Origin: Nymphaea colorata
Lineage: Eukaryota
Reading direction: 5' to 3'
Assembly: GCF_008831285.2 (NCBI RefSeq)
Contig: NC_045138.2
Location: 17,980,001 to 18,044,000 of the forward strand
DNA length: 64,000 bases
Shown: piece by piece, positions 1 through 12,400 of the stretch
Numbering within the stretch: the first letter of the stretch is position 1
Layout of the letters: every line of letters begins with the position of its first letter
Notes under the pieces: model-generated
What the model saw: only the letters and a program-made list of their open reading frames with translations
Told to the model about the DNA's origin: nothing
Database searches by the model: none
Program-made: the position numbers and the translations under genes

Positions 1-3000
1 ATTCCTATCAGGATGATGGTCCTCAGTTAGCTCTTTAACACAAAAGCATGTTGAGTCACCATCATGTGAGAGCTTATAGTTCCTTCTTCTTCGCATAGCA
101 CCACTATCACTATGCAATGCTTGACCTAGATACCTCCAATGGCCTGTTATATATTCAAGATTTATCTAAGCCATCATGTCATTATTTATGGTTCTCTTAA
201 AGAAGTATAATCTGAAAAAGCACTAACGTGACTGCATCAGAATAATAGCAGCCAACTCTAAACTGTAATTTATGCCAAGAAAAATAAACAACAGTGGAAG
301 TGATAAACAAAAGGAAGGAAGTGTACGACCATTTGTCTTCTTACAGGAACTTAAACACTCTGAACAGAGAAGGGCCTTTGAGTCTCCTATATTGGCAACT
401 AAAACTTGATCGTCAGCTTTAATAATGATAGTTGCTGTGGATCCAGCTTCCAACTTGTTGTCATAGGCTTCCTGAATTTGGGTACCATGTGAGATCATTA
501 CAGTTAGTATAAGGTTGTTTGTTTTCCACCCAGAAAAAGACAGCAATAATTTCTGATTGCCTTGGAAAATGCTGCATCAATATCATGGACTGTATGAAGC
601 AATGATTTCTTCAAAATCTCCAAGTGGAATGATTTGTCGAACACCCTAGACAGAATCTGTTCAGGTCTGCAATGTAAACACTGAATATCTCTTAGTTACT
701 ACCGACAAAAGCAGCAGAAACAACTGATGGGGAAAAACTCAAAGTTTAGTCCCTCAAACTACAAAATCTAAATATGTAACAGAAGAGGTTACGAGCCTTT
801 CAAAATAAAAGGCATGCTCATTTGAATTCCATGACCAATCAAATCCTGGAACAGTTAACTCCATTTTTCCATCCAGTGACAACCTTCCAGAAGCTTTCCT
901 TAATGCAGAAGTGTATATTCCTTCGAGAATAAAATACAAATGGAGAAAAAAATATTCAGGAAGAAGTTTTGAAGCCATCTCACTAGCTTCATCACCATTG
1001 TGACCATCGAAAACTGCTACTAGTCCCACATTGATCTCTTTAGGCCCTTTTCTGCCTGCAGGTAAGACCAAAATTGAAATGCGAGAATGAAAAAAGTGAA
1101 AGAAGCAGACAGGAAAGATGAGTATTATTATAAAATAAACATGATATAGCACATCTTTTGTTGCACTAAGTGAAGCAAAAACATCGCATGAACTAACGGT
1201 CTAAGGGCTTGCATATGGGAAAAGATAACTTAAATACTCTCCAACACAAATTTGGAAAATGTGATTCAGGTGAGTGACCTATAAGACAATTTTGATAGGC
1301 AAAATTTTCATCATATCAAAGTGGTACAGTTTGCGAATTGTGAATAAATTAAACACTTAATAAGATGGCTTCATCACGCACAATCCATGAAATATTGAAA
1401 TCAGAACCAAATAGCAGCTTAATGCAGATTAATAACCAAATGGCATTTTCAAAAATTCCATTTTGCAAAGCCCACAGACTTGGCATATGAACCCTGCCAG
1501 ATCCCACTAATATGTATGTGGCATCCTTAAGATAATGTTCACATGAACCAGAGGTTGCTACTATATTACATCAACAGAAGAACGAATCTTGCTTTTGTCA
1601 ACGTCAAAGTGCAAACAAAATCTTGCAATATTTGCCTTTAGATAAGCTGCATATCATAGTGAGTGAATGACACCACATACTTATCTAAGGATGTTTCATT
1701 CTCTCTTTTTGTTTTATCATACATTCACAATCTCCGTTTATATAATTAACTATGATATTCTAGGGGATATACAATTACCATGCATTCCACATGAAGTCAT
1801 AGTAATAAGAGCGCTAGAATGATGAAAGAGCATCACTGTCATATCGTTATTTTTACAAATAGCTACTTTCAAGCTTCAATTCATTGTAAATTTTACACTT
1901 TTTTCATTGTTCATGTGTTTAGAGTATAGTCTTTTTAGTCCTTCTTCGCCATCTGAAGAAGAGGACTGTTTAGTGACTTTAGTCCATAAGAAATCAGTTG
2001 CATGGTGAGATAGATAACTTTACCCTCTGAATAAAGTGAAATAAGCATCTAATTAGTCCAACTGATGACAATCCAATGAAAAGATAAAACCTCCATTGGA
2101 TTAATTAACTTTAGAGAAATCTGAACACTTGAAATAATCCACAACCAAAAAAAAAAAAAACAACTCATTAAGAATAAATCAGGCTAACCATTCAAAGTTG
2201 TGGCCCATTGAAAACTAGTGAAACAAGCTAATCTAAGCATCCAGTCCTTCTAGTAATTGACAAATCCGTAAAAACAAAAAATTGTTAAGGTTCACTGAAC
2301 TCCAACAAGTCATGTAGTCATCCAACTAAAACTTGCGCATAAACAAAGTAAGTATCAAATCATCTCTACACATCTAAGCTAAACTCAGCATCTATTCCTC
2401 CTAGAAATTGATCACCAAGCAATGACAAAACCTACTCAAAGACCAATAGCTTTAAAAGAAAAAAGTACGGTGCCTAGCTGTTCAAGCGCTAGGATTAATA
2501 TCCACATACTTGAACAAAATTAAGGATCTGATTGTGGTACAGAAGGATGACTCTAGAGATGACAAACCTGCTCAAGCATCCACGATTTCCAGCAATTCAG
2601 GAGCTAGGCTGCTCAAAAGCCAGTAACTACCTCAACGGACATGAGCAACATTAACCATAACCCATATAAGGTACAACCAATGCAGAGAACGATTATATCG
2701 CATAAATGTTCATGTCCTACAAATTCATCCCCATGCATCGAAATCCTATAATTAAGCCTGGTGGGGAAGAAACCCTGGTACCAAGGGTGCAGACGGGGAA
2801 TCTACTTGGCTCTATCTCCATCCTGAATCGCCACAACCTGGCAATCCATATTACAAAGTCCTAAAAATAGGATCGCCACGTGAATGTTAAATCCTGCTCA
2901 AGAGTCAATAGCTTGGACACGACTTAGGCACATAGCTTCCACACGACTTAGGCACATAGCTTCCACACGACTTAGGCACATAGCCCATCAATAACCAATT

Positions 3001-3602
3001 CCAATCGCTACAGAGTTTAGCAAAATAAGCACCCTGTTCTAATGACGACGACAATAAAAGAGGACAAAGCTTGCTCGAAAAGTTAAAGATTCCAGCAATC
3101 CAACCACTTAACCTATTGAAAACTAGCGTCCATCGATATAAAATGAAGCGGTATTGCGCATCTAATTGTCTGAATATTATCAACATAAATGAAAATTACA
3201 CGAAATGACAGCCCGGCTGAAATCCATCGACGTGCATAGCAACCCTATAAATTCGTCGAACAAAACTTGGGCAATCTGCTGCATACCGGGAAATGGAATT
3301 CTGGTATTCAAGGCGCAGAATGCTCGATCCTCCTGGCTCCGCCTCCGACCCTGAAGCGATGCCACGTGGCAATCGGCACGACGATATTCGGCTGGAGGGC
3401 GCCACCTCGAGCACTTTGGCGACCGGAAGACAGCCGGAGCGCCACCGCTTTTGTACACCATGAGGCAATTCGATGGGTCATCCGCGACGCATAGAGCAAC
3501 ACCAAGAGGCAGCACAAACAGTAGGAAAGCTCCTGGGCGCGCCCACCACCTCTCCGACGAGGAAGAGAGCGGAGATCGCTTCCCTTCCGAACTTCGTTTC
3601 AT
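1..3602 (-). CDS. Protein phosphatase 2C family protein (PP2C51/At3g63340-like), 5' part only; continues beyond window start
   Basis: Exons 3602-3287 (ATG, hydrophobic leader, QGRRRSQEDR), 1055-797 or 793 (VAVFDGHNGDEASE), 666 or 656-561 (LEILKKSLLHTVHDIDAAFSK), 471-330 (GSTAT..VANIGDSKALLC), 143-<1 (VKELTEDHHPDR). All are canonical PP2C motifs, and the splice junctions are phase-compatible. Confidence 0.9.
2908..2984. repeat. 24-bp minisatellite x3.2 in PP2C intron 1
   Basis: ATAGCTTCCACACGACTTAGGCAC repeated head to tail. Confidence 0.9.
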
Positions 3603-4800
3603 TGCGACCTCTCCCTCTGCTTCGCGCTCCCGCGCTCGTCGTCTCCTCCGGTTCTAGTTTACCGGTTGCACACGATGGCAAGAAGTCGGCTTTTGTTCCT
3701 CTATTCATAAACAAACCCAATTTAATAACATATAAAAGATAAGACCCCCGATCAACCGATGCGTCGCTAGGTACTTATTTAGAAATATTGTAAATTTATG
3801 TAATTATTTGCTTGTATTTTAATTATATTTTATAATTAAGCGTATCATAAAAATACATTAAGCGGTGACGAATGTCTCACTCTCTACACATCTCGAAACA
3901 GTTCTGTGCTTTTAGGAAAAATATGAGGATTTTTTGCGTCTTCTAAGTAACCCTAACTTGAAACTTTTCAGCTTCAAACACCTCAACAACGAAACAAGGT
4001 TGTTCACACTCACTGATTACTTTGTGGGTAGTCAGTTTGATTTGGACTACAAATAGAGACACACTCTAGTTGACGGATGTACCATGATTCATTCTATACG
4101 TGTGATTTGAACAAAAATTTGGCAATGTTCATATATATATATATATATATATGAGCTATGCGCCATAAGTATCTGCATTTCCATCTCTTGTGCTTAATAA
4201 GTACAGTAAAATTTTAGTTTCACCTTCCTTTTCCCCATGAAAGGCCTGTTTGGTTCGCCCAAATGTTTTCGCTTTTCCATCTGCCGTTGCCCTTACTGCT
4301 TGAATCCATGCGTTCCTATAGATGAGACTCAAACAAGAGCTGTGCTTAAGGTAACATAAAACCATTTTGCATCGCTTTCTTTGCTCCTCGTGAATGGCCT
4401 CTTTGGTTGGTCCAAATGTTTATAAGCTATTGGGTTTTATTATCTTGAAAGAGTGTTTGTTTGTTTGTTTTTGTTTTTGTTTTGTTAAAATAAAAAGTTG
4501 AAAAAACGAAGCTTACGTGAAAAGCATATTAAAAGTGAAAAAAAAAACGGGGGGAAATCGTCCCCTAAAAACGCCGTTTAGTCCGTTGAAATCGAGGATT
4601 CCTTTCCCTCCCTTTTCCTGTTAGGACAGAAAATATTGTGCTCTGGTTATCCAGACAACACAAGCGAGTTATTGAGTTTTGGAGTGACTGTTGTTACTAC
4701 GATTGGAGCTTGCTTTCAGAGCAAGGAAGAGTTGGAATTCCGTCTTCTATCAAACGCTGCATCGTGGGAGCTCGAGAGAGAGAAGGAGACCGAGCGCTAC
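3603..4800. promoter_or_regulatory. Divergent (head-to-head) promoter interval between PP2C and ARP4
   Basis: PP2C ATG is at 3602 on minus. A GA/CT-rich leader near 4760-4900 has a donor GAAG|GTCTCT (~4851), and an acceptor sits at 6393 before the ARP4 ATG. TSSs are inferred, not observed. Confidence 0.5.
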
Positions 4801-5713
4801 TCGAGGGAGGGGCCAGGGCTACGCTGCAACTCAGGGGGCCCCGCTGCGAAGGTCTCTCTCTTTCTCTCCGTGCGTATATATTCACATACATCTATCTCTC
4901 TGTCTCTACTTTATGGTTGGTTAACGGCTGCTTTGATCCTTCTCTGGTCACGCTCCGAGGTTTCTCCCGCAGATCCTTCTCAATCGCGTCCAAAAGTCAG
5001 TATTATTTTACTTCCTTCTTTCCCACTAGGGGCTTATTTTTTTGCTTCTTTCATCTTTTCCTCCGAGGATGCATGCTAGGTTCGCGTTAGACTTTTCTCT
5101 CCTCGCTTTCTTGGATACACCCGACCAGCCTTGGATGGCGCCGACGCCTAGCCCTCGTCTTCTTCCTTGAATAGAATGCACCGAAAGGAGGACCACCTAG
5201 AGACACCGCTGGAGCGACCAAGAGTTCTGGTTGACGCCTGTGTCTCAGCCTACACCGAAGGGCTGGTCCTGTATCGGCTCCAGGTGCACCATTGAGAGAG
5301 ATTCTGATATAAAGTGGTATTCTCACACAACAAAGAGGATGACCTCCCCTCTCTCTCTTTCCTCCTCCCTTTATCCATTCAGTAAATTTTTGCGTGTTGG
5401 TTTTCCGTCTTGGTTTGTCTTTTTGACAAGGTCCTCTGAAGACAATATGGTGCATGCCCACATTCTGAAGACGGGGTTTGATCATACAAACTGCTACTCT
5501 GAAATTGTTTGGCTCTTTGGTCATATTCAATGTGCATTCAAATTGTTTGATGAAATGTCTTAGAAGGTTTTACTGTCATAAAATGTTATTATGCACGCTC
5601 AAGGGGACCAGGATGGGTTATGGTTGTATAAATGACCTTCTGTGCCGAGCTGGGTTTGTGAGCGTGGACCATGAGTTTGTAGAGTCTGCGTCTGTCAAAC
5701 CCAATGTTATAGT

Positions 5714-5952
5714 CAGCGGTGGAGCCAGGATTTTGTTTTTCTGTCGAGGGGTGGTGGAAAGAGGAAAAAGTTGGGGGGGGGGGTGGAGACAGTCCAGCGA
5801 CTTACCAAATTTTATTTTATTTTCTCACAAGGGCAAATCGTTTTTTTTTTGCAAAGGAGGACCAAACTTAAATTTTGATAGGTAAAATTTTATTTTTCAA
5901 AACCTCAGGGGGAGCCATGGTCCCTGCTGGTCCCCCTTTGGCTCCGCCCCTG
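5714..5952. mobile_element. hAT-like MITE in ARP4 5'-UTR intron
   Basis: TIRs CAGCGGTGGAGCCA / TGGCTCCGCCCCTG; 8-bp TSD GTTATAGT / GTTATTGT. Confidence 0.8.
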
Positions 5953-6440
5953 GTTATTGTCTGAAGGAGCTTGCTTGGAGCATGTAAGTACCGCGGCAAG
6001 GATGCTTCAGCAAGGCAGATTATGTTGTTATACTTGAATTGGAACCATCACACTGCTCAGTTATTAATTATGTACAGCTAACAAATATTTATGTGTCAAA
6101 CTATCAGTGGACAATGTGTTGAAAACTTCATTGGAAGGGAAGCAGACGACCTATCAAGAGTAATTCAGCTTGCAGTATATACTGCTATCAAATATCTATC
6201 CTTCCTATTCAAATACAACAAAATCTCACCATAAATAACCGACTAGCCCTCTTCTGTACCCACCCTGGATATGCTATCCATGCTGGATTATTCCATGCAT
6301 GCAGGCACTACCTTAGGTCTTTATTGGGTTTGGTTTATGGATCCAAATTAAAATAGCTGACTTGCACTCCTTTTTTTTTTTTTAATTTCAAAGGTGGATT
6401 GCAGTTATCGGGCTTCTTTCTGCATTCGTCTATATTCAAA

Positions 6441-9400
6441 ATGTATGGTGGTGGTGAGTGTCATTTATCTAGCCCATGTTTTGATTGTCAATAGTTTTAT
6501 TATCTCGATCTTATCTTTTGACTGTCTTTATTTTGGTTCCCTTGTTGCCATTAAATGAATAAATGGTATTTTCCCTGTCAGTCTAGTGTGTACAGATAGG
6601 ATTGTGCTTATTGTAAATTATTGGACAGTATTCCTGATTTGTTGTCCTTAGAGTTTAGTAACCTTTGACAGTACCAAGTAATTGGTCAATAGTAAATGCG
6701 CTTTTTATTTAGCTTGATCACTTCACCAGTTATATTAATTATGATATATGTGTATATGTATCTTTTTATGCACAAGCAATCACAACACACTTGGAATGCA
6801 GCTTCTAGGCTATGGAGTGCCCTTGATATATATGTTCTCTTTTTTTGAGTAGGATTTCTCTATTATTTTGTATTTTGATGAGAGTCATATAATATGAAAC
6901 TGAAGTATTGGATAAAACAATCCCTTACTGTTGATGCCGTGACAAATCTGTTGAGCCTTTGGTATCTTCATCGATTTGTAAAAAATTATTTTGTTGTGTC
7001 AGCCTAGAGAAACTACGAGTTTGGCATGTCCCTGTGACATAGTTATCAGGACATCTGGATCAGTTTCACAAGCATGAAGAACACAAAAGAGCATGGAGAA
7101 ACACTGTGATGGGAGAAAAGGTTGCAACAACTGTTGGAGGAAGAGATCAGGGTGACAAAAAGCAGTGCTTACTAGGAAAATAATTTCCTGTCACCTACCT
7201 TGGTTTAACATATTTATGAGTATTTTCTCAAGCATAAGATGAAAATTTAGTTTAAAGACACCCTTATAGTGAAATTACAGCTGGGGGTCTGGTCTTCCAG
7301 TTTGAATACTCCATAGTGTGATCTAACCACATCGAGTACTAACATAACACTTTACTGGAACTTGTTTTCCTTACTCATACTAGTCTAATTGGTATTGTTG
7401 CTCATTGTTATAGTATCACATCTGATTTTCTTTTAGAAATGTTTATGATGGTCTATTTTTACTTATGCAGGAAACATTTTATTAAAATTTGCATCACTGT
7501 ATTTTTTTTTAAAGTTTTTTTTGTTACTAACATTTTAAATTTAATGTGTTTGGTTGGTAGTCAAGATATGGACTACCGAGAATTATGTAACTTATCTTAT
7601 GGCATTATGTCTCCCCTTTTTTCTGTTTGGGTAGATGAGGTTTCTGCCATTGTCCTTGATCTGGGTTCTTACACATGCAAAGCTGGATATGCTGGGGAAG
7701 ATGCTCCAAAGGCAGTGTTTCCATCTGTAAGTGTCTTACAGCAAATTATGTTGCTTCCTTCTCCTTTCACCTTAAAATGTATCTCTCTTTTTCTAAGAAA
7801 GTCAACAAGAGCATGAGTATCAGCAGAAGCAAGTAGAACATAAATATAGCGATGCTGTTCAACTAATACTTCACTTTTCTTTTCTATTCATGGCAGTTAA
7901 CTAAAACGTAATTCTCTGTAACGCCTATTACTTGTTAGACGTGGGAACAAATAACTATTTAAGTGGAAGTGGCACTTGCTGCATCCAAACATGGTATCTG
8001 ACATGATATTAGCAACAGTCAAAGATAAAGAAAGGTCAGGACTTATTGATGATTAAAAAGAGCATATCCCAATAGAGATGAAGGTAAATCTCTCAAATGC
8101 ACTAAAGGGGAAGTGCTATATATGATTCACAGAATTTGGATTTCAATGTCCTAGCAGATACTTTTCATGGTTCTACCATATCAATCAGAAATTAGCCTTG
8201 TGAACTGAAAATAAATGTTTTTTGTTGATTCCTATTATTGGGAACTGAAAGTTAAATTTCTTCTGTGAAAAAGTTTTCCTCAGGCACAGAAGCATCTAGT
8301 CGCTTGGTCTTTTCTTAGATCATAGGCAAGGTACCTTTTAGTCTTTTCTTAGTTCATAGGTATGATTCTTTTTTTGTTGGTAATCTGCTGTTCTGCACAT
8401 GCTTACTGTTTCTTTTATATGTAAGACTTTTATACGCACAATGGTTTCCTTATCACTGTTTCAATCAATCAGACTTCTCTTCCTCTTTTGCATGGTTGTT
8501 AGTTACCTTATGAAGTGTCTCCTTCATAGTGAGTTTTTTCTTTCTTACTGGTGTTTGGTGCTACAGCTGAATCTTTATCTCACCGTTTTACCTATAACAT
8601 CATATGCAAATAGTGAACAAACTAATTAGTGTGCCTTGTCCATCCAACACTTGCCTGTTTTGTCAAGGTTGTTGGTTCCATTGAGCATGCAGGAACAACT
8701 GATTCTGTCAAACCTGAGAAGGATTCAGATTCCCTGTCAGATTCGAAGAATGGCACCAAACCAGCAGATTCTGATAAGTCCAAGAAAAAACGCAGTCTTT
8801 ATGTTGGAACACAATCTTTGGGATACCGCAGGGACCATATGGAGGTTTTTGTAACTTTTGTGCTTTATTTTTACTTGTGAATATGGCATTATGAAGTTTA
8901 CTGTTTTTATATTTTTTGTTCAGGTTATTTCACCTTTTAAAGATGGTGGTGTTGTAGACTGGGACATTGTTGATAACATATGGGAACATGCTTTCAGGTA
9001 TCCTACATCATATCACTATTTTTGTGGATGTCGTTTTTCATGGCTGTAGTGTTGATCCTGCAGCCTCCTCTCCGATTGAATCTTGCATGGTACTAGATTA
9101 TTTGAGGAGAATGTTGACAGTAAAATATACACCGAACACGAATGTAATGTGGAAAATTCTCAATACGAGAAAAAAACCATGTTGGTGGAGATGATTCTGG
9201 TGCCCACTAGCTGCCGGTCTCTCTCTCTTTCTTAATTTTCATTAACACATCAAAATAGGGGTACACAAGTTACTTAAATAGAACTCAACATAGACTACAT
9301 GTCGGATAAGGTCCAAACCCAGACATACATAACGCGTCAACGCTCCCCCTCAAGTTGGGCATATAGGTCAAACATGCCCAGGCTACATTTCTCTCAAATG

Positions 9401-12400
9401 AAGTAGATGGCAAGGCCTTCATCAGTGCATCAACTGTCTTATCTTCGTACTTCATGTAGGGTAGGACAAGCTCTTTAGCATCAATTGTCTCTCGAATCAA
9501 ATGATGGTCAATCTCCACATGCTTCGTTCTATCATGTAATATTAGATTGTTGGCTAGGTTGATTGCAGACTTGTTATCACCATACATCTTCATCAGTTCA
9601 TTGGACCCTCAGTTTTGATTCCGATGTCAGGCAATAACACTTTCAGCTACAACAACTCAGAGACTCCCATGGCCACAACTTTATATTTAGTCTCTGGAGC
9701 GGGAACAAATGTTGTCTCTTACTTTTCCACACCACAAGATTTCCTCCCAAGTAAATACATTAAGCTGACGTGGACCTCTTGGTATCCACACATCTTACCC
9801 GGTCAACATCTGAATAACCTTCAATCTCAAGACAGTCTTGCTTAACATGCAAGAGACCCTTGCTAGGACCTCTCTTCAAGCAAGATAAAATCCTGTCAGC
9901 TGCCTTTAGGTGAACATTTGTGGGTGCATGCATAAATTGGATCATCACATTCGCAGCAAAGGTAATATCAGGTCTAGTAAGAGTGAGATAAATCAACTTT
10001 TCAACAAGACGTTGATATCTTCCCTTAGCTTATTCACAGAAGGGCTCCTCATCTCTAAGGCTAAGTTTGTTTCCAGCGTTTATAAGAGTAAATGCAGGTG
10101 TACTCCCAAGTTTTCTAGTCTTCTTTAATAAATATTGAGTGTACTTTCTTTGATTTAACATAAGACTTGTGCTTGACCTAGTAATTTCAATACCAAGGAA
10201 ATATTTCAACCTTAAGATCAAACTTGATAGTCAACAGTTTCTTTAACTTCATTATTTCATCTTCATCATTACCTGTGACAATCATATTATCAACATATAC
10301 CAACATAAGAGTTACCTTGTGCTCATCTCTTTTTACAAAGAAAGTGTGATCCCCATTCCCTTGAATGATATCCATGCTGTCTCACTACAAGTTTGAGTCA
10401 TTCAAACCACGCTGTGGGAGATTGCTTGAGCCCATACAAGGCTTTCTTTAACCTGCAACATTTTCAAAGTTCCTCATATCCTGAAGGCATGCACATATAT
10501 ACTTCCTTTTTGAGGTCTCTATTTAGAAAAACATTCTTAACATTTAGTTGGTACATCTTCCACTCCTTTACGACTACTAAGGAGATGATAATTTTGACAG
10601 TCTTCATCTTTGCAACATGAGCAAACGTTTCCAAGTAGTCATGACTAAACCCCTTCCCAACTAAGCGAGCTTTGTACCTTTCCACACTTCTGTTTGGCTT
10701 ATATGTAATGGTGTAGACCCATTTGGATCCTATGAGATGGGCCGCTTCATAGACATTTACCACCTCCCACGTTCTATTTTTATTCAATGCTTTCATTCTT
10801 CTTGCATCGCATGAGCCCAATTTGGATTACTTTGAACCTCAGTAACAGTCATGAGAATCACAACCATAGAAAGAGAAGATATGAAACATTTGTAGTTCTT
10901 GCTCAATTTAAAATATGATATGAAATTACCAATAAGGTGTTGAGTGCATGACCTGATACCCTGAGCAATAGGTAACTCTGCATTTTCAGCTTCTGTCTGA
11001 CTACCCCCACTTGACATCTCACGGCCACAGCTTGGATCATCCAGTGAAGGTGTGAGATTAGGATTGGGTCAGTGTCACGAGTCAACTCACCAACTAGCTC
11101 TGTTGCAATGCCTTCCAAAAGGATATTATATATGGTAGGCCTTATCCACTTTAAACAATTATTCTTTTGCTTTAGACAGTCCTTGTCCAACCATATTGTG
11201 TGTGTTTCAGTGCACAAAATTTGAAGATGTCGCAGCATGCACATTGGGTTGTGGAACACCTCCTTCTATCCTCTTTCCTTTTCCAAGTTCCTTGATATGC
11301 TCTACTGCCAATGTAGCGGGCGTAAATCTGAGTGCTGAACTTCAGGCCCCTTTAATGTCAAATCCACTTTTTGTGTGTCTTGCAAAAGCACTATGAACTT
11401 TGATTGTTTGAACTTCTTCGAGATTTCAGGTGTAAAGGAATGAAGTTTTCCTTTACAGGTCATGACCTTGAGAACATGAAATGGCTGGATCATGTTTGTG
11501 TCCTGCAGACCATGCCTTGTGTTATGTCTTCTCATTTTGTTGCAAATTGTAGAATTACTTTTTTTAATGGATATGTGTTAGGCGCAAGTATTTCAGTTTC
11601 TTTTAATTTCTGTCGTTACCATCTCCGTGTGATTTTGCTTTAGTAATTTCTTTTGTACCGGGTCGGGTCTAGTTAGAGTGTGCAACCCAACCCAGCATGT
11701 CATGTACTTAAACCCTCTTAAGGGTAATCAAACCCTAATGAAGATTATTGTTGACGTGAAGAAGAGCTGGCTTCCTGCGGCTGTGTGTGTGAGTGCTGCA
11801 GCGAGCGGCTGTAGTGGTCGTTAGCCAATCCGAGGCTAACAAGGTATCAGAGTTGTAGTGACCATGGCGGAGAGAATCACTGCGCGCTACGCCATCGCAG
11901 CGGTGGAACAACACCGAAATCAAGTGGAAGCGGTGATCGGCGGCCTGGAAGGGCGGATGCATGGGATGGATCAACGCCTGAACACAGTGGACGCAAGATT
12001 GGAGGCCATGATGGTGGAGCAGCAGGCAATGTCAGTGCTCTTGCGTGAAAGCCAGTGACAAGGCACTCAGTAACAATTGCTTGATTCCGATCAGACCCAG
12101 TCGGACGAGCGCAGGGAGTAGGGTTGGCTAGGGAACGGAGGCGCAGCCTGGCGCCCAACGAAGATGGATTTTCCGCGGTTCTCCGGTGACGACCTAGTCA
12201 ATTGGGTATTCTGCGCCGAACAGTACTTCGATTGCCAAAGAATCATGGGTGACGAAAGAGTGCATCAAGCAATGGTTTATTTTGAGGGTGCGGCGATACG
12301 CTGGTTCTGTTGGTTGGTGTCGCAGCAAGGAAGATCAGGCTGCGCGACCTTGGTGAAAGAGCTCACGTCTCGCTTTGGGCCGTCGGCATATCTCGACTAC

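Noticed and set aside
2908..2984. 24-bp repeats resembling a CRISPR array or a repeat peptide (YVPKSCGS)n
   Set aside because: Head-to-tail units with no spacers, inside a plant intron; an ordinary minisatellite.
4636..5885. Several 110-150 aa ORFs on both strands
   Set aside because: No recognisable domain, low-complexity CT/GA-derived residues, and one overlaps a MITE; better explained as ARP4 5' UTR and intron.
11100..11575. Possible copia gag/integrase continuation
   Set aside because: No gag zinc knuckle or integrase motif recognisable in the frames I read; left unassigned.
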